Positions 40,501 to 51,708 of a DNA stretch of 64,000 bases are shown one piece after another. The notes under the pieces were generated by a model, which was given only the letters and a program-made list of their open reading frames with translations, was not told where the DNA came from and ran no database searches. Source of the stretch: Mytilus trossulus (lineage: Eukaryota). The DNA lies in assembly GCF_036588685.1 (NCBI RefSeq), contig NC_086386.1, positions 25,730,001 to 25,794,000 of the forward strand, written 5' to 3'. Numbering within the stretch: the first letter of the stretch is position 1; each line of letters opens with the position of its first letter. The position numbers and the translations under genes are program-made.

Positions 40501-41625
40501 ATGTAAACAAAAAACAAAATAACGCACTTACATAAAACTTTCAAAGGACATGGGAACAACTTTGGCATTGTAACCTTAATTCACTACAAATCCGTACAAG
40601 TTTAAGATGGGCAGTTTTTGTACTCGACTGTACAGATTTTACTCCACTATTTTCAATTGTTTTGAAATCTACTTGATATTACTCAACTGTAGTCTTACCC
40701 ATACCTAGCTTGTATTCAACCTGTACCGGTACATGACCATTCAGTTCTCATCCAATTAATAGAGTCAGAGCAAATTCTGAAACGTCTGAACCAATCTGCA
40801 TACACTCCACTAAATTTAACAACTGATTTTTAACAATCAAAATATAATCCATTGAGAGTTTACCTGTAGTTAAATGTTACCTTTTGTTTAATGTTTTAAT
40901 ATTATAATGCTTTGTAATTAATATTGAAATTAAACATAGTGGTGCTTAGCTTATGGCAGAAAGTAAATATCTCGTTTTTCTAGTCTATTTTTCAACCAAA
41001 TGTGTTGCCCTTTGGTAAACATGTCCGTTTAAAATATACCTACCATGTAAAAACTTTAATTTAATAGCTACATGTTAAAATAAGTAGTTTATCGTTAAAA
41101 CACATACAAAGTTGTACATTAACGATTTATAATTCAGATGATTATTGGTCAAGTAAAATTTATATTTTTGTTTCGGTATAGTCAAAACCTCAAAGTAGTG
41201 ATAACAGGTTTATAATAAATTCATTATATAAACCATGATTGAACTTTGGTAAATTAAGAGTAGGCTATGAAAAAGCAATGCAGTCGAGTACATGTACTAC
41301 CCATTAAAGACTTTTACTGGATTGGGACTTCTTTTTTGATACGGAGTTGGGTTTTTTTTGTTAAATGTAAAAATGGATGTCAGACTGTTTTTCTAAATAA
41401 AAAAAAAATGTTCTCAAATTAATAGACACTATTATACAATGATCAATCATGTCATGAAAATATCTTTTATGTTAAGTAATTTTTAAAATGACACAGGACT
41501 TTGACGTGCTGTGATTTGAAATTGTTCTTAACAGTGGTTCTGATTTCGTATCTGATCAATCCGTTCGTTCAAATACAAACCTTATTGTACAGTATTTACT
41601 ATTCTTATTATCATTATTATTATTA

Positions 41626-41659
<34 letters not shown>

Positions 41660-42651
41660 AAACAAAAACATTGTACAAAATACCTAGCCCTATTTTTTCC
41701 AAAATGATCTTTTTGATTTACTTACACTCGTAAAAGACTCAGAACCTTTTGACCTGGAGTAAGTCACCATTGTGAGAACGGAACTGTTAGTTGTTTTGTG
41801 GGGTTTTTTATTTTCTTTTTTAAATTTTTTTTAAACATTTTACGTTACCTCTATAATTAGAATACATATATATATTTTTCAAATTGAACATTGCTACGTA
41901 CCAAGAGTGCTCAATCTTGACAAATTTTTTATATTAATTATTTGTCACTGTACGATCGCATATCGTAAAACAAATGTCGACTGTATTGTCGGTTGGGAAA
42001 GTTGTCATAATTTGGGATATAGTTCATTAAGTGGAGCGATTTGTTTACTATCTTCTCAATTCAAAATCTGCTTTCAAAAGAAATTTCTTAAAAACCAACG
42101 CGTCCGGGTGCGGGAATTTCTCGCTACATTGAAGACCTGTTGGTGACCTTCTGCTGTTGTTTTTTTATTTGGTCGGGTTGTTGTCTCTTTGACACATTCC
42201 CCATTTTTATTCTCAATTTTAGTTAGGTTGGTTTTTTCATGGTTACAATTAAAATATCAGCTGCATGACACAATATGAAGGCTTTTTGATCTCGTTCTCT
42301 GCGCTCACTCGACAAAAAGTTTCATATGGTGAGACTCGCAGCTGATATTTTACAATATCAACATGCATAGAACAGATAATTGGGTTTTTTTTTCGTATAA
42401 ATATTGTAAAAAGAAAACCAGCCGTTCGACATTATAACTCTCATAGTGACTTGTGGTTGATATTTTACGTGTCGTGTAGACAATTTGATAATCTATACTG
42501 ATTGAGAGTTCTATGAATTATAATTTAATAAAACGTCTTGCAACTACATACAATGATATCATATACAATTGAAGTCATAAAATTTATATTTACCTGTCAC
42601 AAGCAATGGTCCTAAAAGGCTAATCCGGAGTAATACACGTAGCATACACAT
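25149..42651 (-). CDS. Secreted double C-type lectin domain protein A with S/T-rich stalk and Cys-rich C-terminus (403 aa; 8 exons)
   Basis: Exons 42594-42651, 37805-37973, 36988-37079, 34657-34770, 32980-33160, 30814-30908, 27677-27787 and 25149-25540. All are GT-AG and total 1212 nt in one open frame. CTLD1 runs CTGVNW..CYK..WID..C..C..ICQK; CTLD2 runs CESGW..CYK..WIG..EPN..C..LYDGAC..ICEK. Confidence 0.9.
27677..27787 (-). CDS. Gene A exon 7 (DEPNHRDRDYMCAYILDSLLYDGACTATERVICEKS)
   Basis: Acceptor tcttag, donor G|gtaagt; EPN motif and terminal CTLD cysteines. Confidence 0.92.
28627..28972 (+). mobile_element. Family T1 3' end inserted into an oppositely oriented T2 element
   Basis: Matches ~15217-15556; T2-like sequence lies on both sides. 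Confidence 0.85.
28645..28735 (+). ncRNA. Type-P5 twister ribozyme motif (best-preserved copy)
   Basis: P5 ggttagaggt/gcctctagcc, P2 GGGG/CCCC, GAGGG, TAA, GCC, P3 gca/tgc, P4 CCTG/CAGG with loop TCCCAAGT. Confidence 0.85.
29360..29870 (-). mobile_element. Degenerate Penelope-like RT fragment contiguous with T2 3' end
   Basis: KETTDTASTSL, YDKREGFNFEIINLP segments; same family as 1540-1970. Confidence 0.75.
30424..30467 (+). ncRNA. Minimal type-I hammerhead ribozyme (family H1), intact core
   Basis: gcgtca-CTGATGA-gtct-ttcgt-agac-GAAA-cgcgcg-TC-tggcgt, within repeat 30320-30505. Confidence 0.88.
30582..30725. other. Assembly gap (144 N)
   Basis: Run of N inside gene A intron 6. Confidence 0.99.
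30814..30908 (-). CDS. Gene A exon 6 (KCWIGVTDFDADHIYTWEDG)
   Basis: Acceptor ttttttatcaag, donor G|gtaagc; WIG motif. Confidence 0.88.
31170..32009. mobile_element. TTAA-flanked MITE (Kolobok-like)
   Basis: ttaa|GGATGTA ... TACATCC|ttaa. Confidence 0.75.
32980..33160 (-). CDS. Gene A exon 5 (CESGWTMYRTHCYK)
   Basis: Acceptor atacag, donor gtaagt; CTLD2 N-terminal half. Confidence 0.92.
33315..34515. mobile_element. TIR element containing a nested P1 fragment
   Basis: AAAGGGACACTAGCT ... AGCTAGTGCCTCTTT. Confidence 0.6.
33480..34016 (+). mobile_element. Family P1 Penelope-like 3' fragment
   Basis: GGACGCCATCAC..GAGTTGGTTGACCGTTATGGAATAACCG; reverse complement of 10015-10452. Confidence 0.85.
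34657..34770 (-). CDS. Gene A exon 4 (TPILPQLCIGVWVTGFMFDFYCYNTQGLICQKERSIT)
   Basis: Acceptor ttttaag, donor G|gtacgt; CTLD1 terminal cysteines. Confidence 0.85.
35801..35838. repeat. 13-bp tandem repeat (GGTCCTGTCATTC)x3
   Basis: Seen directly; probably a transposon subterminal array. Confidence 0.8.
36988..37079 (-). CDS. Gene A exon 3 (PGESIWIDLRFQNGSEWIWGDG)
   Basis: Acceptor tttttgcag, donor gtaagt; phase 2 to 1. Confidence 0.9.
37505..37652. mobile_element. hAT-like MITE with 5-bp TSD (AACAG)
   Basis: TIR CAGAGGCGGATC / GATCCGCCACTG; AACAG at 37500-37504 and 37653-37657. Confidence 0.85.
37805..37973 (-). CDS. Gene A exon 2 (CTGVNWTLDGSNCYK)
   Basis: Acceptor gtacag, donor gtaagt; phase 1 to 2. 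Confidence 0.9.
38690..39410 (-). mobile_element. L2/CR1-group LINE ORF2 3' fragment
   Basis: YVDDTQ at ~39358-39375, LKLNKDKTELILI, LHWIPVQDRIQYKLLLYTFKKLHGLAPVYL. Confidence 0.88.
41605..41657. repeat. (TAT)n microsatellite
   Basis: Seen directly. Confidence 0.95.
42100..42220 (+). repeat. Family T1 terminal fragment
   Basis: CCGGGTGCGGGAATTTCTCGCTACATTGAAGACC...CTCAATTTTA. Confidence 0.85.
42251..42350. repeat. Imperfect ~100-bp hairpin repeat
   Basis: AAAATATCAGCTGC ... GCAGCTGATATTTT. Confidence 0.6.
42594..42651 (-). CDS. Gene A exon 1 (signal peptide MCMLRVLLRISLLGPLLVT)
   Basis: Hydrophobic leader ending ACA G|gtaaat; alternative ATG at 42645. Confidence 0.8.
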
Positions 42652-43364
42652 TGGTTTTGTCCTATGATAACAAGAAATACCTTCTCTATATGATATCGTC
42701 TAGGTGACAAAGAGGCGGCGCTAACTTGCTGATCATAGTTCATTTTTTGTCTTTTAAAAGATAATATAAACATTGTCTAACATGTCAATTGGTCCATCAC
42801 CTTTCAATCACGCGATACAAATCATTTATTCTTGACCAATAACTACAGATGACAAAGAAAAACCTGAGGATCGGAAGTTAACACCATTGATTTTCTCTTA
42901 TTAGTTTTTGTTTAATTTTTACTTTCAAAATATATGCAAATAAAGTTCTATATGGCATAAGTAAAGGTTTTATCCTGTCCAGTACTATAGATGATTATTT
43001 TCGCACAATTTCATTCAATATAATAACATAACAATCACGGAAAATTCAGTAATAAAAATTTATGTTTAACTCTTTATGACCTTAATGTACAAGATTTCGT
43101 AACCTTGTAGCCTCAAGATTTGAAACTATCGATAGAAACACCACATACAAAAATATAATGGTGACTTCAAATACACCAGATATATGATTGTGACCAAGTA
43201 ACTTTTTACTGCAATGATTGTAGAATTGATTTCCTACAACTGTCAAATTTAAGACTTTTTTTGGTATACAGCCGAATGAGACGTAGTATGATTTGGTGAT
43301 ATCAAATTTGGAGAAATAAATGTATATCTAATACTTTCACTTGTATGCAAATGAAATAAAAAAA

Positions 43365-43617
43365 AATGTGGTATGATTGCCAATGAGACAACTGTCTACA
43401 AAAGATTAAAATGACACAGACATTAACAACTATAGGTCACCGTACGGCCTTCAATAATAAGCACAGCCCATACCGCATAGTCAGCTATAAAAGGCCTAGA
43501 TAAAACAATGTAAAACAATTCAAACAAGATAACAAACGGCCTTATTTTAAATGAAAAAAAAATGAACGAAAAACAAATATGTAACAATAAAACAAACGAC
43601 AACCACTGAATTACAGC
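43365..43617 (-). repeat. Interspersed repeat family T3 3' end
   Basis: ATGTGGTATGATTGCCAATGAGACAACT...GGTCACCGTACGGCCTTCAA; second copy at 56665-57200. Confidence 0.8.
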
Positions 43618-45195
43618 TCATATGTTCATGATTTTAAAAAAAAACAGAAAAGAGACATTTAAAAATGATATGTCACTGAAAAAGAATCATCGACAAAAAG
43701 AGAAATCACAAAATTATAAAACACGAATGCACTATGAGTTAACTACAAACGTCTTTTCTTTCTTTCTTTCTTTACAAGGGATATCTGTCAGTACTTTCGT
43801 GTTGTTTATAAAGAATTGGCTATCACAGATTTCTATAAATATGATACGATAATATAATATAATAAGGCTGTTCAACTTCTTATTTTATTTCACATTTTAA
43901 CTTTTCTTTTCAAGCGTCAGTGACGAATCGTTTGAACGTTTCTTACATTTTTTGTCTTTGAAAAGCAAGTGCTTAAACCCCTCTTTACAGAACAATAATA
44001 AAAAGTACAATAAGATATAATTACAAGGTGTAGTGTTTACAGAGTCGGTAATTGTCATTTAATTTATTGAACACAGCAATATGTATGTAAAGAATATTCA
44101 ATTGTCGTATAATTTATTATAAATGTATCAATGGATTACCTTTTTAAATTTCTATGACTACTAATTATTACATTTTTTTTTATAATAATAGGTTTGGTTC
44201 CAGTCATCAAATTAAAGTGTCATATTTTAAGTTTGAAACATTTGTTTGTTTATTTCATTTTCTTTTCATCTACTGATTTCATGTCCATTTATTAAAGGGG
44301 TGTTAGGGATTAAAAGGATCCTGAATAACAACCAATAATTCCATTTATCATTTCTCCAGCTGGATGAAATACATGCCCATATTTTCTTAATGCGAAATAA
44401 ATAATATATGTTTTGAAAAATGCAATTATGTTATATTTATTTGATAATGTAGATATATATATAATTAAAAATGTAAATAACAGAAGATTACGCAAATTCG
44501 CCGATGAACATTGTTGGTCTAATTTTGAGACGAAGAATAGTGTCACATGTATTTAAACGTGTTCACTTGAAACAGGTATACCGTCTGTCTTTGTCCTCAT
44601 TTAAAATATGCATGTGATTCATCCTATCAAGAAATTTAGAACTGTATGTATTTAGCGAAATGAAATTTTGTATCAAATATATATATCAATTTGATGTCAT
44701 TTTGCTCAAAGCATAATGTATATTTTTTTCGATGTATTAAAATGTGTTATAAAGTAAAACAGTAGCAATTACTATTCTCCATAGGCATGCAATATTTTAG
44801 ATACTAGTATCAATACGGATCATACCCCTTTCATAGAAATACATAAAAAAAAATAAAAAAATACATCTTGACCGATGTAGCATCCATATGTTCTCCTCAA
44901 CGTTTGAGACGAAACAGAAAGGTTCCGAGTAAACTATATTTGATTATAGTTGCATACAATAAGACAAGATATCAACAAAATGGCTGAAATGGATAATGAA
45001 GACTAAGGTTATTACAGGTTACATTAAATTGTACGAATTGTCAATACTGCTGCTCAAATATTTGCATAAGATTATTACAATGAACGTGATGAATTCATCC
45101 TATGTTGTTCATATCGGAATATGATGAGAGTTTTCCATCAACAACTCTGTGATATTTGATAAGAGTTCATTACCTTTAAAAGAATATCCATTTAA

Positions 45196-45470
45196 GGTGG
45201 TACCCAACACTTTAACTAAAATTAATTTGGCCCTTTTAATTTTCATATAATTTAGACCAAGTATTTACTTTGACCATTTAACAAAAATATAAAAATTTCA
45301 AAAAATTTGAACCAACCGTTTTATCCGAAAAAGAATACACTGGTTATATAGCAGTTTGACAAGCACTTATTTTGATCATTGAGAAGCTTAATATTCCCTT
45401 AATAACACAACGTAATTAAAACTTTTAGCTGATTTTACAGAGTTATCTTCCTGTAGTATTAGGTACCACC
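45196..45470. mobile_element. TTAA-type MITE (Kolobok-like)
   Basis: ttaa|GGTGGTACC ... GGTACCACC|taaa. Confidence 0.75.
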
Positions 45471-47702
45471 TAAAATTGTTGTAGTTTGAACAATGATGAA
45501 TATCAATATGCACAATTATGCAACTAAAGTTCTGTATGAGAAAAAAGTATTTATCTCTCAGTACACTTTAAATTGTAAAACACATATGCATTGTTGGACT
45601 TTCTGGTTATCCGTGGTAATCATGTTCTAAATTGACATGTGAAAGCAAACAGATTTGTGCTGGATAAGGGTAGATAATATTGGCATGATTATCTTAAAGG
45701 AGTTTGTTTTTAATAATCTTTTCATTCGATTTTCAAAACGGTCGTTTTTGTTGACATAAGCTACAATGCATATCAAAATTGACCCCTTAAAAAGTTATTG
45801 TTACAGTAGTAACAAGTTCATATATGTTTAAACTATGTAAGAATGATTTTTTTTATATTATTTATCTTTTGTTCAGTAGCACGTGACTCTACAAAAAAGT
45901 GCGTTTATGTTTTATATTTTTTTAGTTACAGTTTTGAGACGAGGAGTTATTCAGAATTTTGTCGATCAAAGAAGTATGTCTTGACCATTTCTGTCGACCT
46001 TCGTAAAGGTAAGTGCTTTATAAATCAACCACAAATTTTAATTAGCATCCAGCAGATTCCTACTATCCAAATTGCCATTCATACAATTTCAAGAATTTAT
46101 TCAGTAGTTTGTACTTTTTATTGTAAAAGCAGTGTCTACCATGGTTAATTGATCAAACATATGATTCTTCAGATCAGCAATATTTTCACATTTTCAATCA
46201 ACAAACTCGAGATTTTTACCCGTCTTTAATGTCCGTTTTCAATAGCATTTTGTAAGGTTGAAAACAATTGATCAAATATTTTAAAAATTCTTCAAGCATA
46301 GTAGAAATATTACCATTACATATTGGGGTTATGTTATTACGATAATTTAAAGGCCAAAAAAGATAATTTCGGTAAAGGACAACTCTTTTACGACTGACGG
46401 AAAAAGATCTACATAAAACTACTGTTCATTTTGAAAGTATGGAGTTTTGATTTTTTTGTGGTAACTATAGGAAACTCTGCTTAAACAGGGGTGTTCATGT
46501 TGAAATGACAGGTTGTCTTGGAGTAAGCCTAATGTATATGATTATCTGCGTCTCAGTGTATTACAAAGAGAGTATATTCATATACATATTTGTTTTCTTT
46601 CGAAAAATACATAGCAGTTAAACTATTAATGCCATGTATGTAATATTTTTCGCTAGACGTAAGCATCTTTCCATTATCATCATGCACTCTAAACATGAAA
46701 TCATTATTTGATAAAAAAAAATAAAAACATTATCATCCGCATATTTTTATGGCATATTTTTATACTAAAATCAACATATATGCATTCAAGAACTATGAAT
46801 AGAAACGGTAACAGATCATCACTGCATTTTACACTGGGTTGTTTTCAACTTCCCCTTGTATTGTAGAATTACTGATACTGCCAAATAATTCCTGCATCAG
46901 TAAATTGCTGACGTTCAGTTTCACAGTCACAATTATCAAAGAGTACAGAACACAGTTGCAAAAAGTAAAATCACAAAAATACTGAACTTAGATGCAAATC
47001 AATTCGGAAAGTCCATAATCACATAGCAAAATCAAATAACAAAACGCATCAAAAAAGAATGGATAAGAACTGTCATATTTTGCAAGCAATACCTGCACAA
47101 AAGGTTGTGTATAAGATGCAGAATAATGAGATCTATGGTATCCAAAGTAGTACGTCTGTCGTAAATATTACTCATAGTAAATCTTTTCAAAATATATCGC
47201 TGAATCGATAAGATTAATGGGAGCTTGTGTTTATAGATAATGAATTAATCATCAAAGTTTCATGAAAACTGCTTTATGTATTTTTGAGTTGCTGTTCAAA
47301 AACCGGAAATTCACCTAGGTTTAATGAATAAATATCCAAAAATCCAAAATCAATATTATTAAAAGAGAAGACCTCATTTTGTGTGTCACTTTTCTTCCTT
47401 CAACAATAAATTAATTATCATGCCTCTGCGTTCTTTAGGTTACATGCATAGTTGCATTTGTCTTCCATTCTTATGATTATTAAGATTGGGTTATTTTGGG
47501 AGAAAAACGACAAAACAGGTGTCCGGATATTGTTTCCGTTATCGGACTGATTTTTAGTCATTGATAAGACTTCCGGTTTTAAACTTGCACAAGAACAACC
47601 AATCGTATGATAGATTACAAAAATAAAAAATGAATAACCCAATTAGAGAGTTCTCATTACCATGGTTTTTAGATCGCAAAAACCACAACTTTTATACCTC
47701 CT

Positions 47703-50700
47703 TAATACCCCAGTCCCACTAGGCCACGATCGCACTACGATCTGTAAAAAAATGCAAATTTTGATGATCGTGGTGCGATCGTGTAGATCGCAGTAAGGTC
47801 GTATCACGGTCGTGGTGAGGTCTTCAAGATCGTGAAGAGCGTGGCCAACTTTGAGCATGTTCAAAACAATCGTGGTGAGGTCATGGCGAAATCAGGTCGT
47901 AAGAGAAGCGTAGTGAGAGCGCACTTAGATCGCAGTAAGATCGCAAAGGTCGCTGTACAATCGTAGCGAAAGCTTGATTCTATTCGGAAAGACTGCGCTA
48001 CGATTGCACAGCGACGTTATCACGATCTCACTACGACTATCACGTTCTCACTGCGACCCAACTACGCTTCCACTACGACTATACCATGCTGTTCACGACC
48101 ATAGTACGATTCTAGCACGCCCTTGTCGTCCTCATCACGCTCTTCTTACGACCTGACTACGTTCACACTACGACCATCATTCTAATTGTCATTTTCACAT
48201 AAAATATATAAAAAAGCTCCCTATATTTTGTTTGTTTGAATGTAATTATCCATTTGCTCTAACGGCTCAACCATGCTCCTCGTTTTTATATAATTAGACT
48301 GTTGGTTTTCCCGTTTAAATGGTTTAACATTAGTAACATTTTTGTCCTTTATAACGTACTGATTGATGTGAGCCAAGGCTCCGTGTTGAAGGCCGTACCT
48401 TGGCCTATAATGGTTTTCTTTTATAAATTGTTACTTGGATGGAGAGTTGTCTCATTGACACTCATACCACATCTTTCTATATATATTGATACATCTATGT
48501 CATCTCTGCTATCGTTCACTAAAATATCGTCATTGAGCTTTATGGACCAGCAATAGGTTGTAATTTAGAATGGATTGGTCGGTCCGACATCTCTGCTTGA
48601 TCAGGATTCGTTACTTTGCTCCCTCTGCCTCTACATCAACTCATACCACCATGCCCACATGTTCTGATAGATTTTGGTGGCATGACTGTATTGTTTCCGA
48701 GAAATCTACTATTAAATCAGAAAAAGGAGGAATTAAACTGTATTGATATGGAACACGATGTTGACGTTATTGCTGAGAACGTAGTAAGATCGCGCTTTGA
48801 ACGTAGTATAATCGTGGTAAACACGTGTTATAATCGCAGTAAGATCGTGTTGCAATCAGATAACTCGTGGTATGGTCGTAGTGAGAACGTGAAGAGCGTA
48901 GAAAGATCTTGATAAGCGTAGTGAGGTCGCAGAATAAGCGCGGTGAGAACGAGGTATAATCGTAGCGGAATCTTTGTAGAAGCGTAGAGAGGACATAGTA
49001 GCATCGTGAAAGCAACGATTAATTTTCGTTGCTTTCACGATACTACTACGTCCTGATTACGCTTCTACAACGATCCCGCTACGATTAAACCACGTTCTCA
49101 TCGCGCTTATTCTGCGACCTCACTACGCTTATAAAGACCTTTCTGCGCTCTATACGTTCTCACTACGACCATACCACGAGGTATCCGATTGCAACACGAT
49201 CTTACTGCGATTATAGCACGTTTTTACCACGATTTTACTACGTTCATACCGCGATCTTACTACGTTCTCAGCAATACCGTCAATATCGTGTTTCATATCA
49301 ATTTAGTTCCATTCCTTCTTTTTCTGATTAAAACGGAGATTTCTCGGAAACAAATACAGTCATGCCACCCAAATCTACTAGAACACGTGGGCGTGGTGGT
49401 AGGGGTTGATGTAGAGGCAGAGGGAGCAAAGTATGAACGCCATACTAAACTTCAAATAGTGCACAAGAAACTTAAATTAAAATAGTACAAGACTAACAAA
49501 GGCCAGAGGCTCCTGACTTGGGACAGGCGCAAAAATAGTGTGGTTAAACATGTTTTGTGAGATCTCAACCCTCCCCTATACCTCTAGCCAATGATGAAAA
49601 GTAAACGCATAACAATACGCACATTTAAATTCAGTTCAAGAGTAGTCTGAGTCTGACGTCAGAAGATGTGACAAAAGAAAATAAACAAAATGACAATAAT
49701 ACATCAATAACAACAGACTACTAGCAGTTAACTGACATGCCTGCTCCAGACTTCAATTAAACTGATACTATACACATAAGTAGTATAATACTTTGTCATC
49801 AAGAGATGTCGGAACGACCAATCAAACCTAAATTACAACCTATTGCTGGTCCATAAATTAAGCTCAAATGTCGATATTTTAGTGCACGATAGCAGAGATC
49901 ACACAGAGGTGTCAATATATATATTTAGGTATGTGTGCCAATGAGACAACTCTCCATCAACGTAAAAATCTATGAAAGTAAACCATTATAGGCAAAGGTT
50001 CGGCCTTCAATACGGAGCCTTGTCTCACACCGAACAGCATGCTATAAAGGGCCCAAACAAATACTTATGTTAATCCATTTAAACGGGAAAACCAACGGTC
50101 TAATCTATATAAAAACGAGAAGCATGGTTGAGCCGTTAAAACAAATGGATAAATACATTCAGACAAACAAAATATAGGGATTTTTTTTCATATATTTTAT
50201 GTGAAAATAACAATAAAAATGATGGTCGTAGTGAGAACGTAGTAAGGTCGTGAGAAGAGCGTGATGAGGACGGCAAGGGCGTGCTAGAATCGTACTATGG
50301 TCGTGAACAGCGTGGTAAAGTCGTAGTGGAAGCGTAGTTGGGTCGCGGTGAGAACGTGGTGGTCGTAGTAAGGTCGTGATAACGTCGCTGTGAGATCGTA
50401 GCGTAATATCTCCGAATAGAATCACGCTTTCGCTACACTCTCGCTACGATTGTACAGCGACCTTTGCAATCTTACCACGATCTTAGTGCGCTCTCACTAC
50501 GCTTCTACCACGACTTTTATTTCGCCACGACCGCACCACGATTGTTTTGAACATGTTCAAAGTTTGTCACGCTCTTCACGATCTTGAAAACCTCAAAACG
50601 ACCGTGGTACGACCTTACTGCGACCTACACGATCGTACCACGATCATCAAAATTTGCATTTTTTTCACTGATCGTGTTGCGAGTGTGGCCTAGTGGGACT

Positions 50701-50709
50701 GGGGTATTA
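47703..50709. mobile_element. ~3 kb palindromic (foldback) DNA element, possibly PIF/Harbinger-derived
   Basis: TAATACCCCAGTCCCACTAGGCCAC at 47703 and its reverse complement ending at 50709; arms stay complementary up to a centre at ~49020. Confidence 0.88.
49440..49766 (-). mobile_element. Family T1 fragment inserted in the right arm of the palindrome (degenerate twister 49501-49589)
   Basis: Reverse complement of ~15050-15390; absent from the left arm. Confidence 0.85.
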
Positions 50710-50754
50710 GAGACAATTATTTTCGCGTTTATTATTACGGTTATACTACTATAG

Positions 50755-51056
50755 TTTAGTTTTGGATGTAACGCGTCTTCTGATTGGCTGACGTTATTTT
50801 GTTATCAGCCCATAGACAAAATCAAGTCATGTGACCGTGACGTCATCAACGTTTTTTTAATGTTTTTTTTACGGTTTAAAATTGAATTTAGAATAAAATT
50901 ATAAGAAATGACTGTAATATTTTTTCTGTATATGAATAAATAACATAAAAAATGTGGTGCACACTGAATAACCCGCTACGCGCGTTATTCAGTGTGCACC
51001 ACATTTTTTATGTTTTTTATTCATATACAGAAAAAATATTACAGTCATTCCTTAAA
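50755..51056 (+). mobile_element. Hairpin-ended repeat (Crypton-like)
   Basis: Palindrome 50903-51054 centred on CCCGCTACGCGCG. Confidence 0.78.
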
Positions 51057-51169
51057 TAATTTACAGAGACTCTCTGTTTTCTGTCAACTTTTTTCTAAAA
51101 TATTTACTATCCAAGGGGTCATACTAGTTGCATATATATTGAAGTAAGTATTATTATTAAAAACATGTG

Positions 51170-51452
51170 GAACCAAGAATGTGTCCATAATATACGGATG
51201 CCAGAACGGCACTATCATTTACTATGTTTAGTGGACCGTGAAATGGGATAAAATCTCTAATTTTGCATTGAAATTAGAAAGATTATTATATAGGAAAACT
51301 ATTTACTAAGTTTCGAGTTAGTTAGACTGCAACTTCATCAAAAACTACCTCGACAAAAACTTTAACCTGAAGCAGGACAGACGGACGGACTAAAGAACAA
51401 ACAACGAACGAACAGACTAGAAAACATAATTCCCATAAATGGGGCATACAAA
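51170..51452 (+). mobile_element. Helentron/HINE-like non-autonomous element
   Basis: AAGAATGTGTCC start, GGAC/GACG microsatellite, 3' short hairpin CCC..GGGGCATA followed by A-rich end. Confidence 0.55.
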
Positions 51453-51509
51453 TTTATTGTTGAAAGTGAAAGTAGTGATTTGGCCAAAATGAAAGTAGGG
51501 TAGACATTA

Positions 51510-51708
51510 GAGGGAGGCAGGACTTATTTGGGTCGTCGGGATCGGGTGTTTATAAGCTCGAGATTTCGGGATTGATCTTTACGGGATGTGGGAATATTTT
51601 GTTTTAATTTGGGGATGTCGGGATATGAATTCCGTTAAAATACGCACTGTGGGATTTCATGTTTTTAAGCCCGGGATTTCGGGATCAGGGCACCTCAGAC
51701 CACCCCTC
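51510..51708. mobile_element. MITE-like element with TCGGGAT internal repeats
   Basis: GAGGG...CCCTC ends; repeated CGGGAT/TGGGAT units. Confidence 0.5.

Noticed and set aside
40699-40795. Minus-strand exon-like segment DWFRRFRICSDSINWMRTEWSCTGTG* with faint CTLD-start resemblance
   Set aside because: In-frame stop before the good donor; gene A is complete without it
41501-41707. Poly-Tyr ORF
   Set aside because: Translation of the (TAT)n microsatellite
47643-50425. Cluster of R/S/T/H-rich ORFs
   Set aside because: By-products of the stop-poor motif repeats in the palindromic element
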